From the NCBI RefSeq assembly GCF_000012905.2, contig NC_007493.2, forward strand, positions 2,970,001 through 3,002,000: 32,000 nt of DNA, written 5' to 3'. Numbering within the stretch: position 1 is the first letter of the stretch; the number at the start of each line of letters is the position of its first letter. The notes beneath the pieces were generated by a model. It was not told where the DNA came from. It made no database searches and saw only the letters and a list, made by a program, of their open reading frames with translations. The stretch comes from Cereibacter sphaeroides 2.4.1. GTDB lineage: Bacteria; Pseudomonadota; Alphaproteobacteria; Rhodobacterales; Rhodobacteraceae. The translations under genes were made by a program, and so were the position numbers. Below are positions 11,099 to 19,677 of the stretch, piece after piece.

Positions 11099-11428
11099 AT
11101 GATCGACTGGGGACGGGTTTCGGCATTGCGCGAGGAAGTCGGTCGCGAAGCGTTCGAGGAGGTCGTCCTCATGTTCCTCGAGGAGACGGACGAGACGATC
11201 CGCCGGCTCTCCGCTGCTCCGGTCGCGCCGCTCGATGAAATGCTGCACTTCCTGAAGGGATCGGCGCTGAACCTTGGCTTCAGATCGGTCTCGCGCCTCT
11301 GCCAGGAGGGCGAGCGGCTCGCCGCCTGCGGACGCGGTGCCGAGGTCGAGCTGGGCGTTCTGGTGACGAGCTACCGGCTGGCCCGGGTGGAGTTTCTCAA
11401 GGGACTCGAACGGATGGAGGCCGGCTAG
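11099..11428 (+). CDS. Stand-alone histidine phosphotransfer (Hpt) protein
   Basis: 109 aa. The canonical Hpt motif HFLKGSALNLGF supplies the phospho-His. It is divergent from the REC-PP2C gene. Confidence 0.8.
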   Translation: MIDWGRVSALREEVGREAFEEVVLMFLEETDETIRRLSAAPVAPLDEMLHFLKGSALNLGFRSVSRLCQEGERLAACGRGAEVELGVLVTSYRLARVEFLKGLERMEAG

Positions 11429-12673
11429 ACCAGAAACTCGGCCAGGGCATCGTCGCCGGTGATGTCGCGGTAGTTCAGCCCCGCCTCCTCCATCACCGCC
11501 GTCAGCCGCGCGAAATTCCCGGCCTCGCGGGTCTCGATCCCGATCAGGACCGATCCGAAGTTGCGCGCGGACTTCTTGAGATATTCGAAGCGCGCGATGT
11601 CGTCGTCGGGGCCGAGCATCATCAGGAACTCGCGCAGCGCGCCGGGGCGCTGCGGCATCCGCAGGATGAAGTATTTCTTGAGGCCCGAGTAGCGCTGCGC
11701 CCGCTCTTTCACCTCGGGCAGGCGCTCGAAGTCGAAATTGCCGCCCGAGGTCACGCAGACGACCGTGCGGCCGCGGATCCGGTCGGCCAGCTCCGGCAGG
11801 ACGTCCACCGACAGCGCCCCCGCAGGCTCGAGCACGATGCCCTCGACGTTCAGCATCTCGAGCATGGTGATGCAGATCCGGTCCTCGGGCGCCAGATGCA
11901 CCTGATCGGGGCGCACCCAGTCCAGCATCGAGAAGGGCAGCTGTCCCAGCCGCGCCACGGCGGCCCCGTCGACGAAGCTGTTCACGCGCGGCAGCGCCGT
12001 GGGGCCTCCCGCCTCCAGCGCGGCGAGAAGGCTGGCCCCCCCCCGCAGGCTCGACGAACCGGAAGTCGGTCTCCGGCGCCTCGCTCCGCAGGAAGGCCGT
12101 GACACCCGAAGCAAGCCCGCCGCCGCCCACCGGCAGCACCACCAGATCCGGCGCCCGGCCGAGCTGTTCGAGCAGCTCGACCCCCACACTCGCCTGCCCC
12201 TCGATCACGTCGGGATCGTCGAAGGGCGCGAGGAAATGCGCCTTCTGCTCGGCACACCAGGACTGGGCCGCGGCGAGGGTCTGGTCGAAATAGTCGCCCG
12301 TCAGCACGATCTCGACCGCTTCGCCGCCGAAGGTCCGCGTCTTGGCGATCTTCTGCTGCGGCGTCGTCACCGGCATGAAGATCGTGCCCTTCACGCCGAA
12401 ATGCCGGCAGGCGTAAGCCACGCCCTGCGCATGATTTCCCGCCGAGGCGCAGACGAAGGACCGCTGGTCGGGGCGCGCATCGCGCACCTTCCGCATCGCC
12501 GTGAAGGCGCCGCGCAGCTTGTAGCTGCGCACCGGCGTCAGATCCTCGCGCTTGAGCCAGATGTCGGCACCGTAGCGGGCCGAAAGGTGATCGTTGCGCT
12601 GGAGCGGCGTCTCGGGGAAGAGATCGCGCAGGGCGCGGGTGGCGGCACGGGCGTTGCGGGCGAACTGGGTCAT
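11425..12673 (-). pseudogene. ilvA: Threonine ammonia-lyase (biosynthetic threonine dehydratase, short single-ACT form) whose reading frame is broken by a 1-nt insertion in a homopolymer; a sequence error is not excluded
   Basis: The N-terminal ~205 aa (PLP Lys in SYKLRGA; SAGNHAQGVA; LPVGGGGL) are in the frame of ORF 11015..12673. The C-terminal ~210 aa (ASLLAALEAGGPTALPRVNSFVDGAAV... plus the ACT-like regulatory domain) are in the frame of ORF 11425..12189. The frames switch at 12036..12044. The span is 1249 nt, which is 3n+1. Confidence 0.8.
12036..12044. repeat. Homopolymer C9 (+ strand) = G9 on the ilvA coding strand; site of the frameshift
   Basis: Read directly: gctgg-ccccccccc-gcagg. 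Removing one G restores FVEPAGGASLLAALEAGGP. Confidence 0.95.
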
Positions 12674-12794
12674 GCGCGCACCCTACCCGCTTCCTTGCGG
12701 CTCCGCCACGGGCCAGGTGCCGCCCGCGCCCCTTGTTCACAACGGCAAACTTCACTAGACCGGCGTGCAAACTTTCCCGCGATGGAGCCCTCCC

Positions 12795-14021
<1,227 letters not shown>

Positions 14022-14027
14022 GGCTGG

Positions 14028-14061
14028 AACCGGCGCCCTGCGGCGCCGGTTGACCTTCTTT
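14028..14061 (+). terminator. Intrinsic-type terminator after argG
   Basis: A perfect 10-bp stem, AACCGGCGCC (14028..14037) / GGCGCCGGTT (14042..14051), has a 4-nt loop and is followed by gaccTTCTTTccc. Confidence 0.6.
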
Positions 14062-14084
14062 CCCAAGGGAGAGGAGACCCTGCA

Positions 14085-14762
14085 ATGAGCCTCAAGAAAG
14101 TCCTCGGGCTGATGCTGGCCTCGCGCATGGCCGGCCGCGGCGGCCGCACGGGAGGGCTCGGCTCTGCCGCCGTCCTCGGCTCGAGCGTGAGCAAGAAGGC
14201 CGGGATGGCGGCGCTGGCCTACATGGCCTATCGCGCCTATCAGGATCATCAGGCGCGCAACCCGGGCGGCACGACCCGGACTGCGGGCGGCACGGGCGGC
14301 ATCGGCGGCATGATCGGCGGCATCGTCGACAGCCTGACCGGACAGCAGGGCGATGCCGGTCAGACCTCGGCCGCTCCTGCCGGCGCGGCGATGGGGCAGT
14401 CGCCCGAGGATGCGATTTCCGACGCCAAGGCGCTCCTGCTGCTGCAGGCGATGGTGGCCGCGGCCTGGGCCGACGGCGCGATCTCTCTGGACGAACGGCA
14501 GCGGATCCTCGACCAGCTCGATGCGGCGGGTGCGGACGACAGCGACCGGCGGCTCGTCGAGCGCGAGGTCGCCCATCCGCAGCCGCTCGACCGGCTGCTG
14601 GAGCAGGTCCGCGATCAGGAGACCGCCGAGCAGTTCTATCTCGCCTCGCGCGCCGCGGTGGATCCGACCACCAGCGCCAACAAATCCTACCTCTGCACCC
14701 TCCGCGGGCGGCTGAACCTCTCGGAGGCGGAAGTGCGCGAGGTGGAAGCCTTCACGTCCTGA
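14085..14762 (+). CDS. DUF533 (YebE-like) protein with a TerB-like C-terminal domain
   Basis: 225 aa, with RBS GGAGAGGAG upstream. It has a Gly-rich N-terminal half with MAALAYMAYRAYQDHQ. The C-terminal half (AMVAAAWADGAISLDERQRILDQL...EQFYLASRAAVD) resembles the YebE/TerB fold family. Confidence 0.7.
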   Translation: MSLKKVLGLMLASRMAGRGGRTGGLGSAAVLGSSVSKKAGMAALAYMAYRAYQDHQARNPGGTTRTAGGTGGIGGMIGGIVDSLTGQQGDAGQTSAAPAGAAMGQSPEDAISDAKALLLLQAMVAAAWADGAISLDERQRILDQLDAAGADDSDRRLVEREVAHPQPLDRLLEQVRDQETAEQFYLASRAAVDPTTSANKSYLCTLRGRLNLSEAEVREVEAFTS

Positions 14763-15474
14763 TGCGGAAGGCGGCAAGGCGCTCGTAATGCGGCAGCGCC
14801 TGCCGGGCGAGGTCCGCATAATGCGGGGCAAGGTCCGGCAGCGGGCCTTCGGGATCCTCGAAGCCCGAAGAGAGATGCACGGCGCCGTACCAGTGCGGCG
14901 CCCAGACGCCGTCGGCCTTGTGTCCGCCCGCAGGCCAGCGCAGCATGGCCTCGGTGAAGGGGAGGCCCAAGGCCGCACAGAGGGCCGTCAGCATCCCTTT
15001 CGGGTCCTGCCGGACGTCCGCGCTGTCCACCACGAGAGGCGGGCGACCCAGCCATTGCGCCACCTCGTCGAAGAGCTTGGCCTGCTGCACGAAGCCGATG
15101 TCGGCGAGACTGGGACCCTCGCGCTTTTTGGCGTAGCTCGCTACGACCCGCGTCGGGTGGCGGATCAGAAAAACATTTTCGCAGTCCCGCATGAAGCCTC
15201 GGTCGAAGGACGGGATCATGTGCAGCGTCATGTGCTTCTGGTAGAAGATCGGCTCGCCGAGCGGTGCCTCTCCGCTGCATCTGTCGGCGATGACGGAAGC
15301 GTCCGTCTCGTGCGCGGCAAGGATCTCGGCGCGCATCGGATGGTCGATCCCCGTGGCCTTGAGATAGGCGGCGTAGAAGGGTTCGTCCCAGATGCCGCAA
15401 TCGCCCCGCGCGGCGAAGGAATACATCATGGCCGTGGAGAGGTTCCGCGGCCCGGACCACATGGCGATCCTCAT
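14752..15474 (-). CDS. Sulfotransferase-fold (P-loop-like) protein of unknown function
   Basis: 240 aa. N-terminal WSGPRNLSTAM resembles the PAPS 5'-phosphosulfate-binding loop, and FLIRHPTRVVASY resembles the 3'-phosphate-binding RxPxDxxxS motif. The start overlaps the aminotransferase stop (ATGA at 15471..15474). The assignment rests on motif resemblance only. Confidence 0.55.
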   Translation of the reverse strand: MRIAMWSGPRNLSTAMMYSFAARGDCGIWDEPFYAAYLKATGIDHPMRAEILAAHETDASVIADRCSGEAPLGEPIFYQKHMTLHMIPSFDRGFMRDCENVFLIRHPTRVVASYAKKREGPSLADIGFVQQAKLFDEVAQWLGRPPLVVDSADVRQDPKGMLTALCAALGLPFTEAMLRWPAGGHKADGVWAPHWYGAVHLSSGFEDPEGPLPDLAPHYADLARQALPHYERLAAFRIRT

Positions 15475-16370
15475 GCTGCCACCAAGGCCTTGTAGAGGCC
15501 GCGGAGGCGCTCGGTCAGGGGGCCCATTTCGCCCGTGCCGATCCGCCGACCGTCGATCGAGCCCACGGGGGTCTGCGCGCCGAAGGTGCCGGTCAGGAAA
15601 GCCTCGTCGGCGGAGTAGGTCTCGACCAGCGAGAAGTTCTTCTCGAAGACGGGAATGCCGGCCTCGCGGCAGATGCGGATGACCTTGCCGCGGGTGATGC
15701 CGTTCATGCAGTAGTCGCCCGTCGAGGTCCAGACCTCGCCCTTTCTCACGATGAAGAAGTTACAGGCGTTGGTCGTGTTCACGAACCCATGCACGTCCAG
15801 CATCAGCGCCTCGTCCGCGCCCGCCTTCTCGGCCGCGATGCAGGCGAGGATGCAGTTCAGCTTGGAATGCGAGTTCAGCTTCGGATCCTGGCTCATCGGC
15901 AGGCCGCGGATATGGGGCACGGTGGCAAGCCGGATCGGCCGCGGGATCTTCGGCTTGGAATGTTCCATGATGATCGCGACGGTGGGCCCCTGCCGCGAGA
16001 GCGACGGATGCTGGAAGGGCCGCGTCTTGACCCCGCGCGTCACCATCAGCCGGGCATGGGCGTCTGTCGTCATGCCGTTCGCCGCCGCCGTGTCGAGGAT
16101 CGCCTGCCGGAGCGCGGCTCGGTCCATCCCGATGTCGAGGTCGATGGCCAAGGCCGCCTCGAACAGCCGGTCGAGATGCTCGTCGAGAAAGGCCCAGCGC
16201 CCATCGTAGAGGCGGATGCCCTCCCACACACCGTCGCCGAGCATGAAGCCCGAGTCGTAGACCGACACCAGCGCCTCGGCCCTGGGCAGGATCCGCCCGT
16301 TCAGCCAGAGGCGGATGGTCTCGTTCCGAGCATCTTCCTCGGCCTGGTGGGTGGTAACGTGATCGGTCAT
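15471..16370 (-). CDS. PLP fold-type IV (class IV) aminotransferase, branched-chain/D-amino-acid type
   Basis: 299 aa. Class IV hallmarks are present: VYDSGFMLGDGVWEGIRLYDGR, LDEHLDRL, HSKLNCI. Confidence 0.85.
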   Translation of the reverse strand: MTDHVTTHQAEEDARNETIRLWLNGRILPRAEALVSVYDSGFMLGDGVWEGIRLYDGRWAFLDEHLDRLFEAALAIDLDIGMDRAALRQAILDTAAANGMTTDAHARLMVTRGVKTRPFQHPSLSRQGPTVAIIMEHSKPKIPRPIRLATVPHIRGLPMSQDPKLNSHSKLNCILACIAAEKAGADEALMLDVHGFVNTTNACNFFIVRKGEVWTSTGDYCMNGITRGKVIRICREAGIPVFEKNFSLVETYSADEAFLTGTFGAQTPVGSIDGRRIGTGEMGPLTERLRGLYKALVAA

Positions 16371-16436
16371 CGGCGGCTCCCTGTTCCCGCCGACGCTAGA
16401 CCGGAGAGGGCCCGCCCGCCAAGGGGGGCAGAGGCG

Positions 16437-17291
16437 TCAGCCGAGGAAGGCGTCCACCTCTTCGGCCGTGGGCATGGCCTCGGCCGCGCCCGGACGCGTG
16501 ACCTGAAGCGCGGCGGCCGCGGATGCCCGGCGCATCGCCTCTGCCGGAGCAAGCCCGGCATCGAGCGCCGCGGCAAGGTTTCCCGTGAAACAGTCGCCCG
16601 CACCCACCGTGTCGACGGCCGTCACGGGAAAAGCGGGAACGGAGAGCCGATCCTCGCCCGGCACGAGCCATTCGGCACCCCGGGCGCCGAGGGTCACGAC
16701 CATCGCCACCTCGGGCAGCGCCCCGAGCGCGGCTCTCAGGGCCGCCGCTTCGCCCTCGTTCATCACGAGGAGGCTGACATAGGGCAGGACGGCCTGCACG
16801 GCGCCGATCTCGAACGGGGCGGCGCAATAGATCACCCTCAGGCCCCGCTGCGAAGCCAGACGCGCCGCCTCGACCTGCGCCGAAGTCTCGTTCTGCAGAA
16901 GGAGCGTATCGCCCGGGCCCGCCGCGGCGAGCGCCGCCGTCACCGTGGCCGCATCGAGCGTCCGGTTGGCGCCCGGGAAGATCACGATGGTATTCTCGGC
17001 CTCTTCATCCAGGTTGATGATGGCATGGCCGGTGGCGACCTCGCCCACCGCCACATGGGTCACGTCGACGCCCGCCGCAGCCATCCAGTCGCGCGCCCAG
17101 CGCCCCTCGGGCCCGACCGCGCCGACATGAAGGATCCGTGCCCCGGCCCGCGCCGCGGCGACGGACTGGTTGGCGCCCTTGCCGCCGAGACCCACGCTGT
17201 AGCTTTCGGCCTCGAGCGTCTCTCCGGGCGCCGGCAAGTGCGGCATCCGGTAGACATGGTCGATGTTGATCGAGCCCAGATTGAGCAGCAT
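16437..17291 (-). CDS. rbsK: PfkB-family carbohydrate kinase, ribokinase-like
   Basis: Motifs GLGGKGANQSVAAARAG and the C-terminal DTVGAGDCFTG. The ATG at 17291 (MLLNLGSINIDH) overlaps the maeB stop (TGATG). An alternative start at 17306 would add 5 codons. Confidence 0.8.
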   Translation of the reverse strand: MLLNLGSINIDHVYRMPHLPAPGETLEAESYSVGLGGKGANQSVAAARAGARILHVGAVGPEGRWARDWMAAAGVDVTHVAVGEVATGHAIINLDEEAENTIVIFPGANRTLDAATVTAALAAAGPGDTLLLQNETSAQVEAARLASQRGLRVIYCAAPFEIGAVQAVLPYVSLLVMNEGEAAALRAALGALPEVAMVVTLGARGAEWLVPGEDRLSVPAFPVTAVDTVGAGDCFTGNLAAALDAGLAPAEAMRRASAAAALQVTRPGAAEAMPTAEEVDAFLG

Positions 17292-19546
17292 CACCCCACC
17301 TTGCACGCGGCCATCACGGCCATGTTGAGAATGTCATTGACCGTCGAGTTCACGCCGCAGATCTGGATCGGCTTCGACACGCCGGTGAGAATGGGACCGA
17401 TCACGGTCGCCCCCGCCATCTCCTGCATGAGCTTGATCGAGATCGACGACGAGTGCCGCGCCGGAACCACGAGGATATTGGCAGGACCCGTGAGCCGGCA
17501 GAAGGGATATTGCGCCATGGCTGTCTTGTTCAGCGCCACGTCGACGGTCATCTCGCCCTCATATTCGAAATCGACCTTCATCCCGTCGAGCACGCGCGAG
17601 GCCTCGCCCATCTTGGCCGCCCGCTCCGAGACCGGATAACCGAAGGTCGAGAAGGAGACGAAGGCCACCCGCGGCTCGAGCCCGAGGTTGCGTGCCACCC
17701 GCGCCGACTTGATCGCAATGTCGGCCAGATCCTCGGCCTCGGGCCATTCATGGACCAGCGTGTCGGCGATGAGCACGATGCGGCCCTTGTGCAGCAGCGC
17801 CGTCACACCCACCGCGCCGTCCGAGGCCTTGGCATCGAACACATGGTTGATGAGCTGCATCACATAGGCCGATTTGCGCGTGGCGCCCGTCACCAGCCCG
17901 TCGCCGTGCCCATGCGCCAGCATCAGCGCCGAGAAGACATGCCGGTCGCGCGTGGCCAGCCGCTGGATGTCGTAGCTGTCGAAGCCGCCGCGCTGGAGAC
18001 GGTTGTAAAGGAAGCTCTTGTAGGCCTCCATGTGGCGCGAATTGGCGGCGTTCACCACCTCGAGCTCGCGCACCGCATCGCCGAGGCCCGTCGCCTCGAG
18101 CTTCTCGCGCACGTCCTGCTCGCGGCCCACGACCAGCGCCTTGCCCATGCCGGCGCGCTGATAGGCCACGGCCGCGCGCAGCACGCGCGGATCGTCGCCC
18201 TCGGCGAAGATCATCCGGGCCTGCGCCGCCTTGGCCCGGGCATGGATGCCCTGCAGGATCGAGGCGGTCGGGTCCATCCGGGACTTCAGCGCCAGCTCGT
18301 AGCCCTGAAGGTCGATGATGGGCCGCCGCGCGACGCCCGTATCCATGCCGGCCTTCGCCACCGCGGGCGGGATCGTGTAGATCAGCCGCGGGTCGAAGGG
18401 CGTGGGAATGATGTAGTCGCGCCCGAACGAGAGCTTGCGCCCGTAGGCCATCGCCACCTCATCCGGCACGTCCTCGCGCGCGAGCTGCGCCAGCGCCCGG
18501 GCGCAGGCGATCTTCATCTCGTCGTTGATCGCGCGGGCGTGGATGTCGAGCGCGCCCCGGAAGAGATAGGGGAAGCCCAGCACGTTGTTGACCTGGTTCG
18601 GATAGTCCGACCGGCCCGTGGCCACGATGGCGTCGGCGCGGACCGCCTGCGCCTCCTCGGGCGTGATCTCGGGATCGGGGTTGGCCATGGCGAAGATCAC
18701 CGGATTGTCGGCCATGCTCCTGACCATCTCGGGCGTGACCGCGCCCTTGGCCGAGACGCCGAGGAACACATCGGCCCCTGCCATCGCCTCTTCCAGCGTG
18801 CGCAGCTCGGTGCGCGCGGCATGGGCCGACTTCCACTGGTTCATGCCCTCGGTGCGGCCCTGCCAGATCACGCCCTTGGTGTCGCACATGATGCAGTTGT
18901 CGTGGCGCGCGCCCATGGTCTTGAGGAGCTCCAGACAGGCGATCCCCGCCGCCCCCGCGCCGTTCAGCACGATGCGGCAATCCTCGATCTTCTTGCCCGA
19001 CAGCTCCAGCGCGTTGATGAGACCCGCCGCGCAGATCACCGCCGTGCCGTGCTGGTCGTCATGGAACACCGGAATGTCCATGAGCTCCTTCAGCCGCTGC
19101 TCGATCATGAAGCACTCGGGCGCCTTGATGTCCTCGAGGTTGATGCCGCCGAAGGTCGGCCCCATCAGCTTCACCGCCTGGATGATCTCGTCCGGATCCT
19201 CGGTGTCGAGCTCGATGTCGATGGCGTTCACGTCGGCGAAGCGCTTGAAGAGCACCGCCTTGCCCTCCATCACCGGCTTCGAGGCCATCGCCCCGAGATT
19301 GCCCATGCCGAGGATCGCGGTCCCGTTCGAAATCACCGCCACCATGTTGCCCTTGACCGTATAGTCGTAGACCGTCTCGGGCGCGTCGGCGATCGCCTGC
19401 ACCGGGACGGCCACCCCCGGCGAATAGGCGAGGCTCAGGTCGCGCTGCGTGGCCATCGGCGTCGAGGCGGTGATCTCGTATTTGCCGGGCCGCGGTTCCA
19501 GATGGTAGAGAAGCGCCTCTTCGGGCGTGATCTTGGTCTTGGTCAT
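17291..19546 (-). CDS. maeB: NADP-dependent malic enzyme with a C-terminal phosphotransacetylase-like domain
   Basis: The ATG at 19546 (MTKTKITPEEALLYH) gives 751 aa. Malic enzyme motifs include LSLAYSPGVA, VISNGTAILGMGN and LNGAGAAGIA. The PTA-like C-terminal half follows. Confidence 0.9.
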   Translation of the reverse strand: MTKTKITPEEALLYHLEPRPGKYEITASTPMATQRDLSLAYSPGVAVPVQAIADAPETVYDYTVKGNMVAVISNGTAILGMGNLGAMASKPVMEGKAVLFKRFADVNAIDIELDTEDPDEIIQAVKLMGPTFGGINLEDIKAPECFMIEQRLKELMDIPVFHDDQHGTAVICAAGLINALELSGKKIEDCRIVLNGAGAAGIACLELLKTMGARHDNCIMCDTKGVIWQGRTEGMNQWKSAHAARTELRTLEEAMAGADVFLGVSAKGAVTPEMVRSMADNPVIFAMANPDPEITPEEAQAVRADAIVATGRSDYPNQVNNVLGFPYLFRGALDIHARAINDEMKIACARALAQLAREDVPDEVAMAYGRKLSFGRDYIIPTPFDPRLIYTIPPAVAKAGMDTGVARRPIIDLQGYELALKSRMDPTASILQGIHARAKAAQARMIFAEGDDPRVLRAAVAYQRAGMGKALVVGREQDVREKLEATGLGDAVRELEVVNAANSRHMEAYKSFLYNRLQRGGFDSYDIQRLATRDRHVFSALMLAHGHGDGLVTGATRKSAYVMQLINHVFDAKASDGAVGVTALLHKGRIVLIADTLVHEWPEAEDLADIAIKSARVARNLGLEPRVAFVSFSTFGYPVSERAAKMGEASRVLDGMKVDFEYEGEMTVDVALNKTAMAQYPFCRLTGPANILVVPARHSSSISIKLMQEMAGATVIGPILTGVSKPIQICGVNSTVNDILNMAVMAACKVG

Positions 19547-19677
19547 GAGGGGGCCATCCTGTGCAAGCACGGCCCTTCTAGCGCCGCCCCGCCCTCGCAA
19601 CAATGACCAAGGATTTGCGGCTTTTCCCCGCAGAGGGGCTTTTGTAGGGTCGCCCGACCGAAGTGGAAGGGGGCAGC

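Noticed and set aside
11425-11428. hpt and ilvA share a palindromic CTAG as both of their stop codons
   Set aside because: It is real but trivial: TAG on each strand, a 4-nt convergent overlap, with no further structure.
19600-19662. A CCCC-gcaga-GGGG hairpin flanked by GGCTTTT repeats upstream of mutS (about 19627..19645), considered as an attenuator or terminator
   Set aside because: The stem is only 4 bp. The flanking GCTTTTC/GCTTTTG are direct repeats, not inverted ones. It lies in a divergent promoter spacer where a terminator makes little sense.
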